NCBI GenBank assembly: GCA_900088475.1
Contig: FLMG01004054.1
Location: 13,733-77,732, forward strand
Reading direction: 5' to 3'
Length of the DNA: 64,000 bases
Origin: Hyphochytrium catenoides
Taxonomy: Eukaryota > Protista > Hyphochytriomycota
Positions 36,148 through 49,200 of the stretch are shown here, piece after piece. The first letter of the stretch is position 1, and the number at the start of each line of letters is the position of its first letter. The notes under the pieces are model-generated. The model had not been told where the DNA came from and did no database searches. It was given only the letters and a program-made list of their open reading frames with translations. Both the position numbers and the translations under genes were made by a program.

Positions 36148-36882
36148 CTTTTGATAAGGCGTTGCCAAGGTCTTTCGCTAGCCTAGCTTATCAAAACGCT
36201 AACTCCTCGTTACCGTGGCTATGCAAGTACTAAGACGAAGACTTGTGGCACATGTCTGTCACTTTATGTTGGTTGCCAGAGCACTTACTGCGACAATAGA
36301 ATCCCTTACTAGTAGGTAATCCTAGTGCCTTGCAAGAAGAGCTTCCCTACTTGGCTTGAGCCTTCGCCTACAAGAAGAGCTATGCAGCTGCAAATATTGG
36401 TCTGGAAGTGGTGGCACATCATTCGTATACTAGCGGCGAATGCCTCGTGCCCTTTCCATCCTCAGCCCTCCATCAGCGTGCGCTGATCTTGCTTGTCATC
36501 CTTGACTGGTCCATCGCGCTTCAACCTAAGAGTAGAAACGGACGCGTAATGTTTCATCAGCCTTGCAAATATTCCTTCAAGGAGAGTTACCATATTTTAT
36601 TAGGGGAAAAGCTCCTTTCTTTCATTGAAAGGTTCAAGTCCTCTTGCATCATGTTGAAACATTTCCTTGACTGATAACTCGGAGAATGTTCTGTTCATTG
36701 AAAGGCAAGTCTTCGTCTGTTGGCCGTCGCAGACGTAGCAGGATGATAGAGCTCAACAAGCACATGATCTTGCTTCTTCCGGCACTAAGATCATCTCTTC
36801 TTGTCCTTTCTTTTTCTTTGTTCGGTGCCAAAGAGAAGGTCCCAGACGTGTCGATGTGACTGGGTTACCCGGCGCGAAGAAG

Positions 36883-37946
36883 ATGAGGTTCAGGGAGCCC
36901 TTCATGTACCAGGACCGATGGATACCAGTGAGAACTGCCATTGCCCTCATGGCCCTGCAATACTTGGTGAGGCAACAAGGATTTTCTTGAAGGAAAATTC
37001 ATGTCTAAACCGCAACATCGCTCACAGGGTTTGCTTTCTGTCGCGGGCGGACTCGCGCCCGAGCTCTTGAGTCTTACCACAACGTTGTTTTATCATGTGA
37101 ACTACATATTGATGATTTGGAGCTTCTACACTGTAGTCCGGACAGACCCAGGGACACTCTATGGTATTGAATGCTCATTGTTGGAAGGAGAAGAGGCGAA
37201 AGAAAGGAATGTTAGGATCTCCCACGAAAGTGAAACAAAACTTGCCTGTTTGGCTAAGATTGCGGAAGCACACCTCGGCCGAAAACCAACGTATTGCGAA
37301 GCCTGCCATGATGCCAAGCCACCTGGCTTCCATCATTGCTCAAAATGCGATGCCTGTATTTTTGGAATGGATCATCATGTAAGTCTGTTCCCTTTACCTT
37401 GGTGAATTTGGGCCTCACTAACGCAAGCCATCGTTTCTGCAGTGCCCATGGGTATGTATTGGTCTTACCTCTTCCTTTCGTCTGGGCTACAAGTCACCCA
37501 AGCTCCTTTGTCTGTAGGTAAACAACTGCATCGGCTGGTTCAACAAGAAGAGCTTTCTTCTGTTTCTGGCCTATGCAGCAACCAGCTGCTTGACTACTTC
37601 TTGGGTGTGCGCCCCACTACTAACGTCACTTCACGACGTTCAGAAAGGGTCAGCACAGAATGCCGGCGATATGCGTCTTCTAACTCTCTTTGCCTGCTAC
37701 TGGGCCCTTTGTTTTGTTATTGGCCTCGTACTGGCTCTCTATTTAGCCTTCCAACTGCGCCTACTGAGCAAGGGCCAAACAACGCTTCAACTCCTAAGAA
37801 GTGGAAGAACAAAAAAGCATCGGGGTATAGGTTTCCCGTTGAGTCAAAAAGTGGCCGACGCCAATATTAGTGACGTCTTTGGAGACAATATTTTCATCGC
37901 CCTTCTTCCAATCAGCCAGCCCGTCTTGTTCGGCGCGAAACCTTAG
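36883..37946 (+). CDS. DHHC-type protein S-palmitoyltransferase (4 exons, including a 9-nt microexon)
   Basis: TDPG motif and the Cys-rich domain CEACHDAKPPGFHHCSKCDACIFGMDHH|CPW|VNNCIGWFNKKSFLLFL, followed by TM segments and GQTT(L)Q (TTxE-like). Confidence 0.9.
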
Positions 37947-38061
37947 GTGGAGTGTCTCTTAGGTTTAATGTCAAGAGTAGCAGGCTGAGGGTGGCGGCAT
38001 TGTCATTGTTATCGGTGACCGGATACTCTCACATCCATTTTACTCTTTATAACACTGAGTT

Positions 38062-39785
38062 TTATTTATCTTTCTTCCTCTTCTCCTTTTTTCGGCGTTT
38101 TCTTTCTTGTTCCTTCTCGTCAAGGTAATGCTTTACCTGAAGGAGTCATGGTCACGAGGAAGTACCATTTGTGGCGTAACAAGAACCAATCAAGGCAGAC
38201 CACACAGAAAGTATTGAAGTAGAATAGAAATGCTTACCTCGTTGTATCTTTGTTCAAACCTAGCGGCTATGTCTCCAGCCATGTTGTACACTGGCTCTCC
38301 GGGTCTATTAAAGGTGTGGGCATTCTTTACCATCAATCTTACATCAGCTGCGAAGCTCTCCAGGTCTTTATATTGACCAGCCGTCCATTTTTCCTACGCG
38401 TTGAAAGCAAGGCTCTTAAATGGGACAGAAGTAGCGAAGAGGACCACTCGGATAGAGTAAGCAAGGGGTGGCAGGGACTACAGCACAAGACCATGATGTT
38501 TGATGAAAGGAGACTAGGTGGCATGCGAACGAGAAGATTATTGATCAGGCAGCTCATCAGTGTGACTTTCTTCTACTTCTACCTTCATAGTCATGAGATC
38601 CATCGGAGTCTGGACGTATGTAAAGTAGTCCGGAACGCCGAGCTTCTTGCAATTCTGTCTCGTAATTTTCTGTGGGTTAATGCGTGAGCTATTGCTCAAG
38701 GCCCGGTGGGGAGCGTAATAAACTTCTTGCGTCACGCTGAACTTCCTGGGTCTCTCCCTCTCGGGTTCTAAAACGGTACCTGAGTAAAAGGATTCCCGTC
38801 ATTTAACTGCCACTGCGGCCATTTCAGACCCAAGAGGTCAGACAAGAGCTGCAGAATTAGTTTCTGAATCTCTTCAGCTCGTTCCTTGTCTCTTCTTTCC
38901 TTTTTCTGAAGGATGCCGCAGACGAGTCCGTTGGCTGTGGAGAAACTCCTAGGTCTCGTAAAACCAGGTTGATTGCTTACCCGCTTCTTTTTGTCTCTTT
39001 TTGCAGCGTCATCGTCCTCGGTGATCTTATTGCTGTGTAGAGTTACTGGGGCGGGGGTGGATACCCCAGATTGGTATGGTGGAGGTTCATTAGAAAGTGC
39101 GTCTCCTGACAGACAGCGTTAGAAGTGGTACAATGAGCTGTTGCCATCTCGGCCTTACCTGAGGCATCTGCCTTGAGCTTTATAACGGGAATGTGTGGCG
39201 TCACTTTAAGGGTGAAAGCAGCTTTGAGATCATTTTCGGAGAATGGTTCGATCGGTCGATCGAAGGGTTCAGACTTTAGCAGCTCCGCTAAGGCTATGCA
39301 GGAGCAGAAGAAGCAGTAAGGTCGGGTCAATCCACTCAAGAGCGACACAGAAGCATTTTTCTAAACTCACAAGCCTTTCCTGGTTTCTCATCTTCTGGCA
39401 TGCGAAGCTCTCGTACAAAATGGGCGTAAGTTCTTGGTAACGATGCCTACAAAGAAGAGAATGAGCTTTTGTTGGGAGACTCAAAATATGGCGCTCTTTA
39501 CCTCTGATAACTGCTGGTAAGGTTCCTTCAACCCGTAATAGGAGAAAAGACCATCTTTTGAAACGAAGGCTGGGTCACTGGGGACTGCGAACGAGAACAA
39601 CTGAGACCATTAGAGCTGATAGACTTCGTTGCATGGAGGGTTAACATACATTCGTTCGGATCTCGGCATAAGTATAGTTCGCTTAGCGGCACTTCCTGCA
39701 CGTCCTCCTCCATAAAATCGCCGTCTCTCCTAACTATCGTCTGTGGTCCATTGCTTTGCTCTGTTTTACCGTCCGACTTTGACAT
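38062..39785 (-). CDS. MED19: Mediator subunit Med19-like domain fused to a C-terminal bromodomain (multi-exon)
   Basis: Spliced N-terminal part LYLCRD...DGLFSYYGLKEPY...SLPRTYAHFVREL...SLAELLKSEPFDRPIEPFSENDLKAAFTLK matches the Med19/Rox3 pattern from recall. A basic stretch follows, then NPFTQ|KITRQNCKKLGVPDYFTYVQTPMDLMTMK|EKWTAGQYKDLESFAADVRLMVKNAHTFNRPGEPVYNMA (bromodomain) and a K/R-rich tail. Confidence 0.75.
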
Positions 39786-40605
39786 TTCGGACGCTCCCAA
39801 GCACGACCGAAGAAACGTTATGAGATGTGAGCAGGTATAGGTGAACCTCGGGAGACGATGGCCGAGGATGGCCCAAGAGAGTTACGATGCGTCGCAAGAT
39901 GGCATCCTTAAAGAGTCAATGATAGGACTTCATTCCTTGGTCTTTGCAAGAATAAGACAGGCAAGCACGCCTGAGTACTGTTCAGTAGTTTGATGATCAG
40001 GAGCTCGTCCAGATTGTTGATCGGCGAGATAGTTTGAGCTTTTCAAGAGTGCTCTTCCAAGTCTAATTGTGGTGTGTGTCTTTCTTGATCGGCTGCATCT
40101 CCGTGCGAGCTGCAGCACCAAACTTCATTTTCTGCTATTTACTGTAAATGTGATTACCAATAACGCGATATAAAATCATTTATCTGCAAACAACCATCAC
40201 CTAACATTCGCGCAGTTCATAGTTCTTTCTTCGCTCCAGCTTCCAGCCCCATCATTCATCACTAGAGGACCCTTTCAAATTCTCAGTGCCCCGTTGTTAC
40301 TCATTGTCGTTTCTGTATTCTGACACTTTGCTGCATGCTGGAGTGGACGCTCTGCTTTGAACGGTGATCATGTGGGAAGGTCACGGCGTCTTTGCCTCGC
40401 CATTGCCAGAGTTCCAGAATGGTCTGACTTGACAGTACGGGAGCCTAATACTAGTGTAAGTACCCGTGGGTTCGAGGACCGTAGCACTTCTTAGGAATAA
40501 TGGAGTACAGTGGTTTTAGAGTTATTTATGAGCAAGCGATTACAAGCACTAGCTCTATGGTGCAGGATTTACCAAAGAAAGGAAAGAGTCTCTAGTGCAT
40601 TAGAT

Positions 40606-41976
<1,371 letters not shown>

Positions 41977-44239
41977 TCAGCAGAGACGTAATTCGGAGAT
42001 TGGAATTGCAAAGCTGAGGGCGACTGGCGACGGGACGGCTGTCGGCAGAGCGGAAGAATGACAAATTAGCGCCAGCAGGACGGTTGCACTGAGCTTGAGG
42101 ATGGGCTGGGTAGTAATAAAGCACAAATCAAATTTTGACTTGATTAATATATGTCGAGGGCGTAATAGTGGTGATTTTTGGGATGTTCCGCGCCGAAGGA
42201 AGGGAGGCCATAGTAGTAGCCGACCTCTCAAGGGGCACTCTCGTTCAGTAATAATATGCTACTATAGTTTAGTACAATGATTAATTATTAGTAATATGCG
42301 CGAGTGAGCAACTACATTCAGGCAGTAGTAGTGATATTGACGTAGTAATTTGGTTTGTATATAACAGCTTGAATGCATTTAACTCTATTAGAGCTTACAG
42401 TAATAGGCATGTGGTCGTTTGGGATACAACCTCCGCTACCATACCCATGCTAGCTAGGCCACCCCTCAAATGAACAGCTTGAATCATATACCGTGCCTGG
42501 GGAGTAACGTCACCACCCCTTCCTTGCCTTGCTAGCCAAACTGCTTCAGATTGATTTTGGGTAAGGCGGGAAGCTCATTTTAACAGTCCCCAAGACTCTT
42601 TGATAACCATCCACCCTATAGATAATAGGTGCGGTTACCTCCCACCCGCTCTCAGTTGTTCCTGAAGATAAGGGCCACATGAGTGTGGGGCTGGGTAGGT
42701 GGTGGGTTTGATGTATATTTAGCACATACGAGAGAGAGAGGTTAGGAAAGTAACCGCTGTGTTGTAGGTGTTACAAGCCACTGGAGGGCTTCCACTGCTC
42801 ATAAGAGACACCCTTGAAATGGATTAAAACGGGTTTACGCCGCTAACAATTGCATAGTTGCTATATCTCTTTCCTCGGTAGCAGATGGCATACCATTGAG
42901 GACTGCCATTAAACACCCAAAAAGTCATTTCGACTCCACCGGCTATTTCAAACATATGAAAAGAAAGAAAGTGACAGTTATTTTTCCCCCCGCCTTCGCG
43001 TGTTGGCGCGATAAGACGACAAGATCTTACATTAAGGGAATAGCTCAGGTAAGGCCCTCAAAGAAATTCAAACCTGGTCAAATCCCCCTCAATCGAGTCA
43101 TTTCCCTTCTGAAGTACAAATTTAGCTCACATCTTCCCAAGCTTTCCGGCCTTTGGCGACTCCTGTCTTCTCAAGGATCCTCGTTTCTAATGAGAGTGTT
43201 GAGGGGAGTTATTTCTACTCTTCTACGTACTAACTTCCATGGTCACAAGAGCTCCTCACTCCTCACTCTCATCACACTCTGCCACTCTTCCCATCTTCTC
43301 ACCTTCTCACCTTCGTCTCCAGTCACATCAAGTGCTCCCATTCCTCTCATTATCCTCTTCTCCGTTCCCTATGGCATCGACAGAGTTCTCTCAGGATTGT
43401 TGCGGATTGTTGCGGTCACATCAGCTGTCACATCTCTTATCACTACCGTCGAGGCTTGGGATCCAGCAGGATACCAAGACCTCTACAGTAGTAGGTCCGA
43501 GACGTACAGCAAGCAGTAGCACGAACTATTGATTATAGTGACTGTGTGCTCAGCTGTTCCTATTCTATAGAGGACGAGTCATAGCTGTCATGGATCATTG
43601 ATTAGGCAGAGGGTTGATGAGTACTGCACTGGTATGATGTTGTCTGTAGAAGAGATCATAAAACTTTCCTGTGAAGTTGTGGTCGCACTGTGTCTGCGCA
43701 CACCAATACACATCCAACTAGACACGTGTACAGTATGTGACAAGAGACCGTGTGTACTGCTTCTTATTTGTTGTTGGCAAGAGGGAGGGAGCGGAAAGAG
43801 CGACCAGCGTGACATGCAATGGGGCTTGCGGGTACATAGTAGTAGGTTTGCTCCCATTATACGATAGTAATAACACGGTCTGTTCTCCTTTGGAACTGCT
43901 GTGTGGACCAGGAGTTGGGCCTAGGAGTTCACTTTACGTACTCATGCAGAAAACAGCAGCATTACACTTCTGTGCACCAGACAGATGTTAAAGGTGGGTC
44001 AACTTGAAGAGCAATACCCTCTGCTGCAAAGGCAGCAAGATGGTCGGCAATCCTATCTCTCTGCTGCTGCTGCTTCATTGCCCCCGCACCCCCAGGAGAC
44101 GCTAACAGATTTAGTGGAGGAGGACTGCTTTAGAAGCAGAGAGGGAATCAGGCAACGGGCTGAAACGTGGACTAGGACCCGGAAAACTGATTATTACTAT
44201 ACTACAGTTCTAGGTTATACTAAGTAAGTTTGCGAAGGA

Positions 44240-44998
44240 AAGTGGGCTATCTTGTTCTGAGGAGAGCTCTTGAGGAAACTCGTCGTCTACTACGTACTGT
44301 AAGAAGAAGATGTAGACCCTAATGATGAAGGATGATAATAATTCGTGATCATCAAATAAAGCTGGCCCCAAGGATACCAGATGGGGAGGGTATATAATAG
44401 TGGCCTACTTGCTAAACAACCAGTTGCTGGGGAGAGAGAGAAGGGAACGGGTTTGGAGCAGTGTGGGGAGTAAGAGCAACCAAGAACGGTGTATACAACC
44501 ACCTAGATTAGTTTTATTGTTGGATCGCACTTACTGGCAAAATAAAAGAGTAGTGCTGTTATTATTCGTAGTTGGGCCGGAAGAAGGAAACCAGTCGCCA
44601 AAAGTTGATGATGATGAAGTGGGCTATCTTGTTCTGAGGAGAGCTCTTGAGGGACTCGTCGTCTACTACGTACTGTAAGAAGATGATGTAGACCCTCCTA
44701 ATGATGAAGGATGATAATAATTTGTGATCATCAAATAATGCTGGCCCCAAGGATACCAGATGGGGAGGATATAATAATAGTGGCCTACTTGCTAAACAAC
44801 CTAGTTGCTGGGGAGAGAGAGAATGGAACGGATTTGGAGCAGAGTGGAGAGTAAGAGCAACCAAGAACGGTGTATACAACCACCTAGATTTTATTATTGT
44901 ATCGCACTTTACTGGTGGCAAAGTAAAAAGAGTAGTGCTGTTATTATTCGTAGGTGGGCCGGAAGGAAACCAGTAGCCAAAAGTTGATGATGATGAAG
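44240..44998. repeat. Tandem duplication, two diverged ~377-bp units
   Basis: AAGTGGGCTATCTTGTTCTGAGGAGAGCTCTTGAGG begins at 44240 and again at 44617. Both units end AAAGTTGATGATGATGAAG and differ by scattered substitutions and indels. Confidence 0.93.
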
Positions 44999-46265
44999 AA
45001 GGCCAGGAGAGACTACTTTAAAGATGGCCACGAGGGCTATGTTATCGCTTCAAGATAATAAGCCTCCTCCTGGCGGGTGAGGTTCACCGGCGCAGAAGAT
45101 AGTTCTTCTAGTGGTGGTCTGGAAAATCAGCGTAGATACTGCGCTCCAACCTTTAGAAGAAGTAAGATTGACTAAAGTAAGCTACTCTAACAATAAAACT
45201 AGAAAATTACCACCCCCACCAAATCTTCTTCCTTCCACAAAATAGTAATAGATGTCGTACTACTCTTGGGGCATGAACTATCAACATTAATGGGCATCAT
45301 CACCCCTATTCTACATCATCATCATCATAATCTCATAGTCTCTACTGAGGTAGAAGGAAGTAAACATACTGAAGATGCTCCTCATCTGTAGGGCGTTGAA
45401 GTAGTATATAAAGGAAGCAGGGTAAACGAGAGGAGCAAAGGACCATCACACCTCCAACACTTGCCGCCGCACTCACCTCATACAGCAACTAGAGGAGAAC
45501 AACTCATGTACTATATATACGTACACGTACGACAAACACTTACTTTCAGGTCCTTCATTGGAGTTCTAGCGGACTCGTACATCTCGTACAAGTACAAGGG
45601 TTATTATACAGGCTACAGGACGACAGTACATGTACAAGTTCCAAACAAAGGACACACTACGATACTAACTTTGCGGGGTTGGGAAGGCTGCATTTCGCTC
45701 CCGAAAGTAATTCCTCTGACATGACTAAGATGCTAAGATGGGACCGCAGACTCTACTCTGTCCAACCTCCTATTTTCGGCACCCTCCCTAAGTTGGGTAA
45801 CCTCGACTACAAACAACAGACATATTCAACAGTAGAATCCGTAGTTCGGTCGGTCGTATGTTGGGGATGTGAAGAAGAAGCGGCCAAATCGCCCTTGTGT
45901 TCGTAGGTCGTGCCGCTTTCTGTGGACTTATAATGCCGCCTTTGTCGGCTGTTTCACCCATACAGAGAATGCAGTTATTTTTTATTGCGTCTCCATTATT
46001 AGGTCTGTCTCGTATCAGAACATATTGGAGACGCAATGCCTGCTAGCGATGTGCTCGTATAAAGCTGCACAAGTGAAGCTCTACCTGTAAGTTGTCCATC
46101 TGTGAGAAGTCTGCTTCCAGTCGCAGCAGTCCTCTCCACACCGTCTTTGAAGGAAGCCAAACATGTGGTCGGTGGGACTGATCAGGCCCCTACCTAGGTG
46201 GCTGTGCGGGGCTTCACCGAGTTCTTGGTGCTTTACACACTTCGTCAGGACCTATTGTTGAAAAA

Positions 46266-49200
46266 ATGGCTAGCCCTGTGGAGGGAGAGAGGGATGTGAG
46301 GTTTCAGGAACCCGAAGAAGGGAGGCCTTCGGGACAGGAGGACAACGGGCAGAGAGCCAAGAAGGGCCCCGGAATGCGGTCCATGCGCTATGACGACACT
46401 CCCTTAAAGTATGTTTTGGTATTGTTCACGTTTCCTGTGTGCATATGATGCGGAGTCTGACGTGCTATTGCAGTGAAGGAACAACTCCTATAACAACGCA
46501 TTGGGTTGGCTACTTGAAAAACTTCGGAGTGTACCGAACAAGGAAAGACCTGCGGCTGCTAATCATTGTGCAGTGGGGATTTACTTGTTTTGCGATATTC
46601 CCGGTCATTCTAGGGGTGTTTCTCTTTGCTGTCATCCCTATGATGCTAACGGTAAGAGAGCGACTGTTTGTTCCCTTGGCGCAGCTAACATCGACACATC
46701 TAGCTCTTTGCTTGCCTCTTCGGCTGGTATGGATCAAGCTATCTAATTGTCAAGCCCCTCATGTGGTACTGCTTCTTGTCCTTCTTAAGGTAAGGCTCTA
46801 ACGCACAGAGTCGGTGCTTTTGGGTTGTTAGTTTTGTCAACCTCAGTTGATACTTCTGACGCGACAAGCTAGTATGTCTCTCAACTGTCAACAATGACGC
46901 ACGTGAATAGTGTTCTTATTTATTCTCGCCTTGGCCAACCGTGGTCGTGTCTGTCTTCTACCGTCTGTTTTTTGTGTGCCTCTTGTGCTGTTCACCCACT
47001 CATCTTCGAATGCGCTTCTTATCGCTGCAATATGCCCCCAGTAATGTGGTCAGCATCACGTTCTTCGGTGTGGGACTTTATCATTATACTGGTGATGACA
47101 GCACAGACTCGACCGCCTATATTATGCTAGGTGAGTTTTCCCCTTACTCCCGTTATCTTCAAGAAGATTGACAATCTCTCTTATGCAAGTGTTTTCGACG
47201 GTCGTTGTCATCGTGACAGCCTTCGGGGGCATTGTCTTTGCCCTCCATTTGCGAGCGCATATTATAGATCTTATGACCGAGTCGGGCTATGTGAGAGCCA
47301 TGCGAGTAGAGACGGACCACATCCAATTAGAGGCAAGGAAGCGCAAGAGGAGAGGTAAGATGTATAAAAGCATATCACACCCTGCCCTTAGCCCTGCTTA
47401 TCAAAGCACCACTTGCTCAATTACCTCAGGTGAGATATCGAGCGGTATGAGAAGTATTAGCATTGGTGCCGATGCAGAAATTATCCAAACCATGCATCAA
47501 TCCCAAGATGAAGCTTTGGCTGCAGCGTTGACGGAAGAGCCACCGAAGACACAGAAGCGTCCCTGGCAGTTCTGGAGACCGCCTCCACCGGACCCGAGTA
47601 AACCACAACGATCCAACTTTATGACAAACTCGGTCATTACGTCAAAATACACTCCTTTGACGTTCATCTTTATTTTCTTGAGGGACCAGTTTAGTAGGGT
47701 TGCCAACCTGTACACCCTCATCATCGTCGTACTTTGTTTCTTTTCTTTTTCTCCGGTATCACCTTCGGCGGCATTAGCCCCGCTTCTTATCGTTATGGTG
47801 ACGGCGGCAATCAAAGAAATTGCGGAGGACCTAAAGCGAAAGAAAGCTGATCGGCAGTTGAACGATCGGCCCGTCTCAGTTTCTGACCAGGACACAGAGG
47901 CTCTTTCCGAGAAAACATGGGACAAAGTCGCTGTAGGTGATGTCGTCATTCTCAGATCTGGGAATATTGTTCCTGCAGATTGTCTTGTCATCTCTACCTC
48001 GAGAGGGGATGGAAGGTGCCACATAGAGACGGCCAGTTTGGATGGAGAAACCAACCTCAAGCTTAAAATGGCTCCAAAGTTCACCAGGAATATTAGGTCA
48101 TCAAAGGAGATCCACCAGCAGTACACTTTGTCTTTACTTTGTGAGCCTCCGTCGGCCAACCTCTTTGAATTCGATGGCACTCTTTTTGGCTACAGAGGGG
48201 AGTTGGCTCAGGACGACTCAAAAGGAACAGGCTGGCAGCTAGAGAAGGAGGAACAGGGAGGAAGCCAGGAAGAAGGAGATAGCGGTGCAGAGGACTCTGC
48301 GGAGGACGTCGTTCGCACGATCTCAATCAACCAAGATAATATGCTCTGGAGGGGGACAGTTATACGGAACACTAAGTGGGTCATCGGATTGGTGGCATAC
48401 ACAGGCAAAGAGTCAAGAATAGAACAGAACTCTGTTACCAAGAAGAGCACCAAGAAAACGAAAACAGAATTGCTGCTCAACGGTATGCTGGTTATTCTCC
48501 TTGTCGTTCTCTTCTCTCTGGCTGTGCTCTGCACCCTGCGCAGGAGCGACTTTGTCCTGGTGGAAACGGACTCCATAGCCAGTGGGCGGACACCGGAGGG
48601 CGTCTGGTACTTAGGAGGAGGAAAATCCTATCAAGAATTCACCTTTATTTCCTACGTCATCCTTTTCAATAGCATGATTCCCCTCTCACTTTACGTGACG
48701 ATGGAGGCGGTGCGCTTTGTCCATGCCAGCTACATAGACAATGACCTCCTGATGTTCGATGAGGCTTCTCAAACGCCTGCTCAAGCCAGAAATAGTAACA
48801 TCAACGAGGACTTGGGGCAGGTTCAGTATATATTCTCTGATAAGACTGGGACCCTCACCTGCAACGAAATGCTCTTTGCAAAGTGTACTATAGCCGGTAA
48901 GGGATATAGCTGCTACTGTCTTCTCTTCGCCTAAGAGCCCGGGTGGCACTGGTTGTCTGTAGCACGAGTCAATTCTAAACCGTTACTCTTGATCGCTCAA
49001 TTTTCTAGCTGATACTCTTCGGGATTTGCCTTACATTACCTGCGCCCCCAAAGCCATCATCTTCCGCTCTTCTTTGTGCACCATCTTTGACAATGGCCCT
49101 CTTACCACCTGTGCTTCTCCATGGCCAGGTCTGCGATACGGAGATGCGGAGACCGATGTACCTCCAAGGCCGGGTACTCGCTTTTACGATACACGATTGC

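Noticed and set aside
40430-40490. tRNA or Pol III gene (GGTTCGA B-box-like)
   Set aside because: No cloverleaf stems or convincing A-box could be built.
42350-43520. Retroelement remnant or ORF 42896-43519
   Set aside because: No gag, RT or integrase motif recognised; the ORF starts at TTG and has low-complexity composition.
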